Source: an uncultured Desulfarculus sp.
GTDB lineage: Bacteria; Desulfobacterota; Desulfarculia; Desulfarculales; Desulfarculaceae
Assembly: GCA_963665125.2 (NCBI GenBank)
Contig: CAXXUK010000001.1
Span: 704,001-768,000, forward strand
Length of the DNA stretch: 64,000 nt
Direction of reading: 5' to 3'
In this document: piece by piece, positions 1-9,286 of the stretch
Position numbering within the stretch: the first letter of the stretch is position 1
How the letters are laid out: each line of letters starts with the position of its first letter
The notes under the pieces: generated by a model
Database searches by the model: none
The model's input: the letters and a program-made list of their open reading frames with translations, nothing else
Told to the model about the DNA's origin: nothing
Made by a program: the position numbers and the translations under genes

Positions 1-802
1 GCTTCAACCCAGAGCACGGGCTCGGCTTCGACCAATCAGGCTTTGCAGTGGTACGAACAGGGCCTCAGCGCCATCCGCGGCCACCAGTACTCAAAGGCTG
101 TGGACAAGTTGAGCAGGGCCTTGGGCACAGGCAAACTGGACAATAAAAAAAGCCGCCAGCGCCTATTATCAGCGGGCCTGGGCCGACTCGAAGCTGGGCA
201 ATACCTCCCATTTGCTTGACGATGTGGAAAAGGCCATCCAACTGGACCCGAACAATTCCGTTTATCACCACATGCGGGGCTGGTGGCTGATGAAAGGCAA
301 GCGCTATGACGAAGCGCTGCGCGAATGCCGAATGGCCCTGGATCTGGACCCTAAAAATCCGTTTGCGTACCACACCATGTCCCGCACATACGAGGAAATG
401 GGCGATTGCACCAAGGCCGTTGAGTACGCCCGCACGGCAATGAGCCTCAGGCCGGGCGAAGTAAACCTCACCAGCAATCTCAAGCGGGTGCAAAAGAAGT
501 GTAACAAGCCCACGGCGGGCGGCGACCGCCTCGTCGGTGTATGGAAATGGTTCAACGGTGCGCAAGTGCATTTTTGCAGCAACGGAACATCCACGGCATA
601 TCAGTATGGTCAAGTCGGTAATGCCGGCAACTGGAGCTATATTGACCAAAACCGGTTAACAATCAGGAACACATGGAAAACTGGCGGATGGGTCGACACA
701 TTACAGCCTAATGCTGACGGAAAAAGCTTGAAAGGCCAGAACCAGAACGGCAACAAAGTGACCGCTGAAAAGATGGACGGCAGCCCCAGGTGCGGCCAGT
801 AG
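1..802 (+). pseudogene. TPR-repeat protein, 5'-truncated by the window edge, with an apparent frameshift (one extra A) at the A7 tract 145-151; could be an assembly error
   Basis: Frame 1 from base 1 reads ..QALQWYEQGLSAIRGHQYSKAVDKLSRALGTGKLDNKK and stops soon after. Frame 2 from 152 continues AASAYYQRAWADSKLGNTSHLLDDVEKAIQLDPNN.. into the 212..802 ORF with further TPRs (YDEALRECRMALDLDPKNPFAY). Frame 2 has a TGA at 110-112. Confidence 0.7.
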
Positions 803-845
803 GCCAACAAGCCCTGAAGGCACCTTCACACGTTGATAAAAGATT

Positions 846-885
846 GGCGCGGATCGGCAACGGCGTGCTGCCGCCGATCCGCGCC
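846..885. terminator. 13-bp inverted repeat between convergent genes, probable terminator
   Basis: GGCGCGGATCGGC (846-858) / GCCGATCCGCGCC (873-885), lying between the TPR gene and the CoA ligase stop. Confidence 0.65.
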
Positions 886-904
886 GGAGAAAGCCGTTAC
901 GGTT

Positions 905-2563
905 TTAACCCTGCGCTGAAAGATTGGCCCGGATAAGTTTTTTATCCAGTTTGCCCACGCTGGTTTTGGGGATGCTTTCGGATATCACAACCTTCTCTGG
1001 TATGGCCCATTTGTTGACGCTGCCGTCATCCACGAACTTTTGCAAAAACGTCTTGAGCTCATCGGGTCCGGTGCCTTCGCTGTTGTTTAACACGACCAAG
1101 GCCAAAGGCCGCTCCCCCCATTTTTCATCGGGCACGCCAACCACGGCAACTTCGACCACGTTTGGATGTTGGCTGATCAGGCTTTCCAACTCCAACGAGC
1201 TGATCCACTCGCCGCCGGTTTTGATAACGTCTTTCAAACGGTCGGTGATGCGGACATAGCCCTCCGGGTTGCGCACGGCAACGTCACCGGTATGCAGGTA
1301 TCCTCCCTGCCACAGGGCTTCACCCTGCTGGGGATTTTTAAAATAACCCTGGGTGCACCACGGGGCCCGCACGCAGATTTCTCCGGCCGAGACCCCATCC
1401 ATGGGCTGGGGGCTCATGCTGAAGTCCATCACCTTCAGGTCCACCAGGGGTATGGAAAGGCCGGTCATGGTCCGCACACCGACAAGGTACTCTTCAGGGG
1501 CCAACAATTTGTCGGCCTTGAAGGTGGCCAGGGTCAACAGCGGGCAGGTTTCGCTCATCCCGTATCCGGTGAATACGTCGATGCCCTTGTCCAGGGCCCG
1601 TTTGCACAGACCCCTGGTGAAGGCCGCGCCGCCGATGACCATGGTCCAGCCGGAAAAGTCGATGTTCGCCGCGTCGGGAGAGTCCAACAGCATTTGCAGG
1701 ATGGTCGGCACGCAGTGGCTGAAAGAGACCTTGTGCCGCTGCTTCAGGCCGAGGATCATGGGCGGTTCGTAGCGCCCGGGATAGACCTGCTTGACGCCCA
1801 TGAGCGTGGCCAGATAGGGCAGGCCCCAGGCATGGACGTGGAACATGGGGGTCAGGGGCATGTACACGTCGCGGCAGATAAAGCGCCCCAGGGGGTCCAT
1901 GTTGCCCGTGGCGCAGCCCGCGCTCAGGGTGTGCAGCACCAGCTGGCGGTGGCTGAAATAGACCCCTTTGGGGTCGCCGGTGGTGCCGGTGGTGTAGGAG
2001 AGCGTGGCCTGGCTGTTTTCGTCCATCTCCGGAAATTCAAAGTCGGGCGAGCCCAACTCCAGCACTTGCTCGTATTCGAAGTCGAATTCCATGCCCTGGG
2101 CCGGCCCGTCTTCGCCGGGCTCCTTGATGAGGACCCATTTTTTCACCGTGGGCAGCTTGTCTTTCAGGGACAGCATTATGGGGATGAAGTCCTGGTGCAC
2201 GAAGACGACGGCGTCCTCGGCGTGGTTCATGGTGAACATGATCTGCTCGGGTGACAGGCGCACGTTCACCGTATGCAGCACCGCCCCGATGCCGGGCACG
2301 GCGAAATAGGCCTCCAGATAGCGGTAGGAGTCCCAATCCAAAAAAGCCACGATGTCGCCGGGGCCCACCCCCAGGGCGTTGAGGCCCGAGGCGAGCCTTT
2401 TGGCCCGCTGGGCAAACTCGGCATAGGTGAATGTTTTTACATCGCGGTAGACGATCTCCTGTTGGGGGGAGTTTGCCAGCGGCGTATCCAGCAGGCGTTT
2501 GATCAAAAGCGGATAGGCGTAGGCGTTATCCGCGTGTTTTATAATCCTTGTTCCCTGGAGCAC
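905..2563 (-). CDS. Fatty-acid--CoA ligase (AMP-binding, AlkK/FadD-like)
   Basis: AMP-binding motifs YTTGTTGDPKGV, GYGMSET, YLHTGD, DRLKDVIKTGGEWISS and PKTSVGK; GTG start after AAGGAGG. Confidence 0.92.
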   Translation of the reverse strand: MLQGTRIIKHADNAYAYPLLIKRLLDTPLANSPQQEIVYRDVKTFTYAEFAQRAKRLASGLNALGVGPGDIVAFLDWDSYRYLEAYFAVPGIGAVLHTVNVRLSPEQIMFTMNHAEDAVVFVHQDFIPIMLSLKDKLPTVKKWVLIKEPGEDGPAQGMEFDFEYEQVLELGSPDFEFPEMDENSQATLSYTTGTTGDPKGVYFSHRQLVLHTLSAGCATGNMDPLGRFICRDVYMPLTPMFHVHAWGLPYLATLMGVKQVYPGRYEPPMILGLKQRHKVSFSHCVPTILQMLLDSPDAANIDFSGWTMVIGGAAFTRGLCKRALDKGIDVFTGYGMSETCPLLTLATFKADKLLAPEEYLVGVRTMTGLSIPLVDLKVMDFSMSPQPMDGVSAGEICVRAPWCTQGYFKNPQQGEALWQGGYLHTGDVAVRNPEGYVRITDRLKDVIKTGGEWISSLELESLISQHPNVVEVAVVGVPDEKWGERPLALVVLNNSEGTGPDELKTFLQKFVDDGSVNKWAIPEKVVISESIPKTSVGKLDKKLIRANLSAQG

Positions 2564-2602
2564 GGTTTGACCTCCTTGGTAGATGTCACGCTTGGCCGGA
2601 AT

Positions 2603-2640
2603 TGGGCCGCGCCCGCGGCAAAAGCCACGGGCGCGGCCCA
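2603..2640. other. GC-rich intergenic stem-loop between permease and CoA ligase
   Basis: TGGGCCGCGCCCG (2603-2615) / CGGGCGCGGCCCA (2628-2640); no U-tract on the coding (minus) strand. Confidence 0.5.
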
Positions 2641-2645
2641 GGGGG

Positions 2646-4016
2646 TTATTCTCTTGCCTTTACCTTCACCGGAACCGGTGATCGGGTCAGGCCCGGTATG
2701 CCCTGGGCCAAAAGCAGGACATACAGACCCACGCCAACGCCCAGCCCCCAGGCAGGACCAAAGTTGGCGATGATCATGCCCACGAAGAAGGCATAGCCCC
2801 GGCTGGCCGGCGTTTCGACCATGGAGATGGCGATATAGGCGCAGGCAAAGCCGGTCAGTATCAGGGTGATGGACAGGGCCACGGGCAATAGCGGCTTCAT
2901 GAAGGTGACCACCGGAACCAGGAACACCAGGATGAAGGCAGGCCAGTACCAGTTGCTGAGGCCGTCATAGAGCGAGTCCATGTTCTTGCGGCCGCCCTTG
3001 TACCGTTCCACCAGGAAGACGTGCACGCCGGTCCACATTGGCCCATGCAGGGGGATGAACGGGCCGCCGGTAAGCAGGTGCCCGATGTTGCGTATAAACA
3101 GCACCAGATGACTCCTGGTGTTGTCGTATTCCAGGGTCTCGTCGGGCCGGGCCTCGGAGGCCTGTTCCAACAGGGTGTTGGCCAGCACGATGTCGCCGAA
3201 AACAAAGATGTAGATCATGACGGCCAGGGGGAAGGCGTGCAGGAACATCGCCATGCTGGGCCAGCCCACGGAGAACGGCGATACGGCCGTGAAAAACTCG
3301 GTAATGTGGGGGATGTGCAGGCCCATCTTGATGTCAAACGACAGCTCGCCGAACATGGGGCCCGCCACCGCGGCCACCAAAAAGCCAATGAGCAGGGCCA
3401 GGGACCCGGCAAGCCGTAAAAATTTGTTGCTTTCCTTGGCCTTGGTGAACCACACCGAGAACATCAGCACGAATACCACTCCCCACACCAGGGGCAGGGT
3501 GTTGGGCATCTTGGCCAGGCGCCCGAATTCGTTGCTGAAGGCCGCTATGGCGCCGCCGAAGATGATCGCCGCCCTCAGTTCCACCGGCACCCACTGGAAG
3601 AATCGTTTGCCCAGACCGGTTATGGCGAAAAAGGCGAAGATTATGGATATGTCCACGGTCAAGGCAGTCATGGCCTTGATGGCCGGCACCCCCACGTCAA
3701 AAGTGCCCAAAAAGGCCATTACCAGGGGCAGGGCTGGCGTTATCCAGCCCGGGGCATAGGGCTCACCGCACAACATGGTGGGAATGGCCCAGACCCAGAC
3801 GAGCTGGATGATGACCACCGCCCACGCCACCTCGAAGGGTACATTGAAGTACTTCATGGTCAACGCCGCCACGACGCCGCCGGTTGCCGTGGTCAGCAAG
3901 CCGCCCTGGATGATTTCCGGCAGCGACAACTTGGTGTGCACCCCGGGAATTCGTGCGGTGAAGTTCCACCATTTGATGCCGGGTTGAACACCGCCATCGA
4001 CTCTTTTCAACGCCAC
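2646..4016 (-). CDS. Multi-pass membrane permease, xanthine/uracil/vitamin C (NCS2/SLC23)-like
   Basis: 456 aa with about 12 hydrophobic segments and a PGWITPALPLV motif; GTG start with AGGAGG upstream. Confidence 0.7.
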   Translation of the reverse strand: MALKRVDGGVQPGIKWWNFTARIPGVHTKLSLPEIIQGGLLTTATGGVVAALTMKYFNVPFEVAWAVVIIQLVWVWAIPTMLCGEPYAPGWITPALPLVMAFLGTFDVGVPAIKAMTALTVDISIIFAFFAITGLGKRFFQWVPVELRAAIIFGGAIAAFSNEFGRLAKMPNTLPLVWGVVFVLMFSVWFTKAKESNKFLRLAGSLALLIGFLVAAVAGPMFGELSFDIKMGLHIPHITEFFTAVSPFSVGWPSMAMFLHAFPLAVMIYIFVFGDIVLANTLLEQASEARPDETLEYDNTRSHLVLFIRNIGHLLTGGPFIPLHGPMWTGVHVFLVERYKGGRKNMDSLYDGLSNWYWPAFILVFLVPVVTFMKPLLPVALSITLILTGFACAYIAISMVETPASRGYAFFVGMIIANFGPAWGLGVGVGLYVLLLAQGIPGLTRSPVPVKVKARE

Positions 4017-4355
4017 CTCTGACCTCCTTTTTCAGACAATTGCCGTCATATAGTTTTACGAGGGCCCTGGGGCCCACAAAGAACCGGTGAAGCCATCAGA
4101 GTCAGGCCGAACAGCCGGTTGGGCTGAGGACCTGATTCAATTACCGACAATGTTGAAAAGCTGGTTTTGACCTGTGTGGTCACTTGCCGGGGCGCACGAA
4201 AAATCATTTCAGCGCCGTGGAGCGCCCCGGCGAACGCAAACACGCCCCTTGGGGATGATGCATGTTCAGCGTAATGAACAATGGAAGCTCTTGGGGAGCG
4301 ACAGATCCATTAAGCTGGCGTGGGTAAAATTATTAAATTGTAGTAGGTGATTTGC

Positions 4356-5036
4356 CTATGGCTTGGGCGAGCGGTCCAGGGAGTCCTTTTCCACCCAGAG
4401 GACGGCGGCCCGCATCAAATCGCCGCCCCGGGAAAATCCCAGTTTGGACTTGATGCGTTCCCGGTAGGTGCCCACGGTTTTGGTGCTAAGGTTCAGGCGT
4501 TCGGCGATCTCGCCGGGATACAGGCCCCGGCCGATCAGTTCGAATATCTCCAACTCGCGGTCTGTCAGGTGATCCAGGGGAGATTTGTGCTGGGCCGGCG
4601 GGCTGCCGCCGAACACTTCCAATATCTGGCTGGACACCCTTTCGCTGACGTGGATGTTGCCGCTAAGGATATGACGGATGGCCTTGACCACCGATACCGA
4701 AGCCTCCTGTTTCATGATGTAGCCTCTGGCCCCGGCCTTCAGGCATCTTTGGGCGTGCAGAGACTCGTCATGCATGGAAAGCACCAGCACGGGCAGTTTT
4801 TTGTAGTTGGAGTTTATCTCCCGCAGCAGCTCGAGCCCGTTGCGGTCCTTGAGGAAGAGATCGAGAATCACCATGTCGGGCTGGAGTTTTTTCAGCGCCG
4901 CCCTGGCTCCGGCGACATCCTCGGCCTGGCCGCAGATGACCAGGTCCTCCTCCTGGTTGATGAGTTCTTCCATGCCCATTCTGAATATGGGATGGTCTTC
5001 GACAATCAAAATTCTGGTTTTTGGTTTGTCGGTCAC
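4356..5036 (-). CDS. NarL/LuxR-family DNA-binding response regulator
   Basis: REC domain (ILIVEDH..DMVILDL..LSMH..GYIMK) plus LuxR HTH (LTDRELEIFELIGRG..EIAERLNLSTKTV). Confidence 0.93.
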   Translation of the reverse strand: MTDKPKTRILIVEDHPIFRMGMEELINQEEDLVICGQAEDVAGARAALKKLQPDMVILDLFLKDRNGLELLREINSNYKKLPVLVLSMHDESLHAQRCLKAGARGYIMKQEASVSVVKAIRHILSGNIHVSERVSSQILEVFGGSPPAQHKSPLDHLTDRELEIFELIGRGLYPGEIAERLNLSTKTVGTYRERIKSKLGFSRGGDLMRAAVLWVEKDSLDRSPKP

Positions 5037-5040
5037 GGCG

Positions 5041-6870
5041 TTATTCCGTTCGGGATTGGTTAAGTTCCAAAGTGACCACCGTTCCCCCGTTTGGCCGGTT
5101 GGTTATCGTCAGTTTGGCGCCGATGCGCCGGGCGCGGTAACGCATGATGCGCAGACCCATGCCCTGCCTGTTTCTCTGCTCGTCAATGCCCGTGCCGTCG
5201 TCCTGGATCTCAAAAATCACGCGCCCGTTTTGCTTTGACGAATATATGCGAATATTTTTAGCGTTGGAATGTTTAACCGCGTTGTGCAGGGCTTCGTGCA
5301 CGATGTAGTAGATATTTGTCGCGACGTTCTGGTCGGCGACTATCATGGGCTCCTCGCACTGGATGCGGCAGGAGACTCCGAAAACGTCCTCCACGTAACT
5401 GGTCAGTTCGCTCAGTGATGAGTCGATCCCTTGGTCGCCCACGTCCATGGGGCAAAGCCCCCTGGCCAGGCGGCGCAGCTTGTTGATGGAATCGACGACC
5501 AGGGCCTCTATCTTGGCGGCGCCGTCGGCCTCGGCCAGGCCTTTTTTACGCAGCTTCTGCTCCAGCACGTTGGTCAGCACTTCCACCCCGATGAGATGGG
5601 GACACAGGTCGTCGTGGAGGTCCCTGCCGATTCGCTGGTATTCGCGCTCGCCAATCTCCAAAAGCTCTCGTTCCAGCCTTTGGGAAGCGGCGAGTTTTTC
5701 CATGAATTTGTTGAAATAGGTGGCAAGTTGACCCACCTCGTCCTTTGAGTCGCTTTTCATGCGCACTGTAAGGTCTCCGGCCGCGCCGGCCCCGAAACGC
5801 TGCATCAGGGTCTTCAGGGGACGGGTGATGGAGGCGCTTATCAACAGGATTATGGGAATCGCCAGCAGCAGGGCCCCGCCCACGGTGGCCATGGCTATTT
5901 TGCGCATGGTGACCAGCGGCGCGTAATATTCCTCAAGGTAGCACGACGAGGCCACCACCCAGTCGAACTCCGGTATATAGTCGAAAACCAATAACTTTTT
6001 GCGGTATTGCGTTTCGCCGGGATTTTTCCAGTTGTAGAAAAGCTTGCCGCTTTTGAGGCGCAGGATGTCTTTGACGATGCTGTTGCCCCGGTCGTCAACG
6101 GCCTCCAGTTGGTTGCCCTGCAGTTTGGGATGCAACAGGATGTTGCCTTGGCCGTCCACCACAAAGGAATAGCCGGTTTCCCGGTATCTCAGAGAAAGCA
6201 CGCTCTGGCTGAAATCGGTTTTCTTGACCAGTTCCGTGAATTCGTCGCGGTAGGTTGTGGCCGAGATTATCCAATCCCAGGGCTTGAAATAGACCATGTA
6301 AAGGGCCTTGCCCCTTCGAGCCGTTTCGCCAGGATTCTGCCAATCATATTCCAGATAGCCGTCCCTGCGCTTGATCTGCTCTCTCACGAATTGCCGGTAA
6401 AGGAACTGCTTGCTGGCCACGCCGGCTCTGGGATGAACCACGGCCACGCCATTGCTGTCCACGCAATAGAGATAGCCGGCCTGACCGATCTTTTGGCACT
6501 CGATCAGGTTGGCGGCCTTGTTCTTGGCCTGTTGTTCGGTGATTTCGCCCCGCCGGTATTGATCGTAAATATTTTGCACCAGTCCGAGGTTGGTTTCCGC
6601 CACGCCGCGCAAATAGCTTCTGATTGAGCTTCTGGCTGCCGTATGCACCATGTTGAGAATGGTGGTGGTGGTGTTTTTAAGTTCGCTTTCTATGTTGTCT
6701 TGAATGATGTTGCGCACAAGGGAATAGAGCACAAGGCTGCTGAGCAAAATTGTCACACTGAATACAAAGGAGAAGCCCAACATCATTTTGATGCCTATGG
6801 GCAGGTTTTTAATCAATTCCAACAAGCGTTTCATGTAATTGCCGTTACGGTTATGCTTTTGTGTGGCCAA
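5041..6870 (-). CDS. Sensor histidine kinase with tandem Cache domains, HAMP, HisKA_3 and HATPase (alternative start ATG 6834)
   Basis: Two TM segments, two Cache-like repeats (YDWQNPGE/YNWKNPGE..WDWII/FDWVV), HAMP (DEVGQLA..FN), H-box RIGRDLHDDL, EALHNAVKH, DDGTG, GMGLRIM. Confidence 0.9.
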   Translation of the reverse strand: MATQKHNRNGNYMKRLLELIKNLPIGIKMMLGFSFVFSVTILLSSLVLYSLVRNIIQDNIESELKNTTTTILNMVHTAARSSIRSYLRGVAETNLGLVQNIYDQYRRGEITEQQAKNKAANLIECQKIGQAGYLYCVDSNGVAVVHPRAGVASKQFLYRQFVREQIKRRDGYLEYDWQNPGETARRGKALYMVYFKPWDWIISATTYRDEFTELVKKTDFSQSVLSLRYRETGYSFVVDGQGNILLHPKLQGNQLEAVDDRGNSIVKDILRLKSGKLFYNWKNPGETQYRKKLLVFDYIPEFDWVVASSCYLEEYYAPLVTMRKIAMATVGGALLLAIPIILLISASITRPLKTLMQRFGAGAAGDLTVRMKSDSKDEVGQLATYFNKFMEKLAASQRLERELLEIGEREYQRIGRDLHDDLCPHLIGVEVLTNVLEQKLRKKGLAEADGAAKIEALVVDSINKLRRLARGLCPMDVGDQGIDSSLSELTSYVEDVFGVSCRIQCEEPMIVADQNVATNIYYIVHEALHNAVKHSNAKNIRIYSSKQNGRVIFEIQDDGTGIDEQRNRQGMGLRIMRYRARRIGAKLTITNRPNGGTVVTLELNQSRTE

Positions 6871-7397
6871 TTCCGGATATCATCGGCAAATAACGAGCAA
6901 TTAATGATGCAATAGGAGCCAAGCCGTAAACAAGGGAAACTTTGTTGCGGCGCCGTATGGCCTTGCGGCCAATGCGGCAAGCATCGCCCGACAGGGCCAA
7001 CCGGCGCATTGTTCCGACTGTCTTTGTTTTTTATTTGGTTGGCTGTCGCGGCCTCGAAACGATTCTTTGCCGGGCAAAAGCCCGCAGTTAATTTATACTG
7101 GAACGATATGTATAATATATATTAGCGCTTAAGCACCGTTAACTGTTAATGGCGCGCAGTCTGAAAAAGAAAAATGAAGCATTGATCGGCAGCCCTATGG
7201 CATGGCAGATTAATATTAAAGCGCAATGAAATTTCGTATGCCGATATTACATTGACTTTCGTATTTATTGACGACTATATTCCATAGTATTGATAAGTTT
7301 TACTATCCATAACGATTCCTAACCCTACTCAGGGCAACCATAATCCTTTTGAGGGGTTTGGCGGCCGTGGTAATCCCGTACAACTTAATTAAGCACC

Positions 7398-9206
7398 ATG
7401 GAGTTAACCATGAATTTCCGTACCAGATTACTAGTTGCATTGATTCCTCTATTTGTCGTTGCCATCGGCGCAGTGGCCGGAATTTCCTATTGGGTCGCCT
7501 CTAATTCGCTTCTCAAGAACCAGGAAACCGCCATGCGGCAATTGGTCGACAAAACCGTCACGGAGTTCAGCAGCTGGTTGAAAAACCGGGAAAACCAAAC
7601 ATTGGTTTTTTCAAAGACAGGAGTTTTCATAGACGCCTGCCAGGGAAACAGAATGGAAGAGGCCAAAGCCAGGCTGAAGACATACCATGGCACGGAAAAA
7701 GTCTATGAAAACATCTTCCTGGCCACGCCCGAAGGCAAGTTGTTCCTTGATAGCATTGACGGCAAATCCGTGGGTGTGGATATCGGAAAAGTCCCCATTT
7801 ACGCCCCGGCCGTAGGAAAGGCCCGGGATGGCGAGTCCTGGGTGGGGCCGGTGTCCAAAAGCCCGGCCACCGGGCGGCCGGTGGTGCTGATCACCGCGCC
7901 GGTCAAGAACAAACAAGGCGAGTTTGTCGGCATTATCGGCACACCCATTGAACTCAACGTCTACAGCAAAGGGGCGATAGGAGACGTTAAGATAGGTGAT
8001 TCCGGTTATATGTATATGGTCGACGATCGCGGTGTGGTCCTGGCCCACCCGGACAACAATCTCATTCTAAATCTGAATGTTACTGATTATGTCTGGGGCA
8101 AGGAAATGCTGGAGAAAAAGAGCGGCCAGCTTTTCTACGACTATGAAGGCGAGCAACGCGTGGCCTATTTCGCCTCGGACTCGGAAACCGGTTGGATGGT
8201 GGTAGCCGCCACACGGGTATCAGAGTTGATGGCTCCGGTGCGGCGCATCGGCTGGACCTCCGCCCTGGTGGGCCTTATCGCTGTCCTTATTTCCGTGGGC
8301 GTGATCTGGCTGATCACGACGCGCGTTTTTCTGGTTATCCGAAGCTCCGTATTGGGTCTGAGTACTGCCGGACAAGAACTTGACGGCGCCGCCCGGCAGG
8401 TGAGCAACAGCAGCCAGACCCTGGCCGAAGGAGCTAGTGAACAGGCGGCCAGCCTGGAGGAAACCAGCTCATCATTGGAGGAAATGGCCTCCATGACAAG
8501 GCAGAACGCTGAAAACGCGCGACAGGCGGACCAACTCATGAAGGAAGCCACATCCGTTGTGGGCAAGGCCGATAGCTCCATGGGAGAACTCAGCGTGGCC
8601 ATGGAAAAAATCACCTCCGCCAGCGATGAGACGGCAAAGATTATCAAGACCATTGATGAGATCGCTTTCCAGACCAACCTGCTGGCCTTGAACGCGGCAG
8701 TGGAAGCGGCGCGAGCAGGCGAGGCCGGGGCGGGATTCGCCGTGGTTGCCGACGAAGTGCGCAATCTGGCCCTGAGGGCGGCCGAGGCTGCCAGGAATAC
8801 GGCGAATCTCATCGAGGGCACCATCGACAGGACCCGGGAGGGCTCCGATTTGGTGTCCCGTACCAATGAGGCGTTTCAAGAGGTGGCGGGAAGTGCCCAG
8901 CAGGTGGCTGCGTTGATAGGCGAAATCGCGGGAGCCAGTTCAGAGCAGGCCCAGGGCATTGACCAGATCAGCAAAGCCACCAACGAGATGGACAAGGTCA
9001 CCCAAGCCGTGGCGGCCAATGCCGAAGAGAGCGCTGCGGCCAGTGAGGAACTCAGCGCCCAGGCCAGCACAATGCGGGGCTATGTGGCTGATTTGAGCCA
9101 ATTGGTGGGCAGCAAGGACAAAGTCGCGCACCAACAGTATGATGAACAGGCCGAACCACGGGGCGGTGCGGGTCGGCGATTGCTGCCCCGGAGACGCAAC
9201 GATTGA
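7398..9206 (+). CDS. Methyl-accepting chemotaxis protein with dCache sensor
   Basis: Signalling tip [40 protein letters not shown]; periplasmic dCache ([24 protein letters not shown]). Confidence 0.95.
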   Translation: MELTMNFRTRLLVALIPLFVVAIGAVAGISYWVASNSLLKNQETAMRQLVDKTVTEFSSWLKNRENQTLVFSKTGVFIDACQGNRMEEAKARLKTYHGTEKVYENIFLATPEGKLFLDSIDGKSVGVDIGKVPIYAPAVGKARDGESWVGPVSKSPATGRPVVLITAPVKNKQGEFVGIIGTPIELNVYSKGAIGDVKIGDSGYMYMVDDRGVVLAHPDNNLILNLNVTDYVWGKEMLEKKSGQLFYDYEGEQRVAYFASDSETGWMVVAATRVSELMAPVRRIGWTSALVGLIAVLISVGVIWLITTRVFLVIRSSVLGLSTAGQELDGAARQVSNSSQTLAEGASEQAASLEETSSSLEEMASMTRQNAENARQADQLMKEATSVVGKADSSMGELSVAMEKITSASDETAKIIKTIDEIAFQTNLLALNAAVEAARAGEAGAGFAVVADEVRNLALRAAEAARNTANLIEGTIDRTREGSDLVSRTNEAFQEVAGSAQQVAALIGEIAGASSEQAQGIDQISKATNEMDKVTQAVAANAEESAAASEELSAQASTMRGYVADLSQLVGSKDKVAHQQYDEQAEPRGGAGRRLLPRRRND

Positions 9207-9226
9207 TTTGAATGCCATTAACTTTG

Positions 9227-9265
9227 CGGGGTAGCGATGCTTTCTGCAAAAGCATCGCTACCCCG
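9227..9265. terminator. 17-bp perfect inverted repeat, probable terminator between convergent MCP and oprM-like genes
   Basis: CGGGGTAGCGATGCTTT / AAAGCATCGCTACCCCG. Confidence 0.75.
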
Positions 9266-9286
9266 TCGTTATTATCTGCCCAAGTT

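Noticed and set aside
7325..7370. Possible c-di-GMP-I riboswitch before the MCP (CAGGGCAACCA)
   Set aside because: It lacks the GGCAAAC..GAAA..GACGCAAAGC core.
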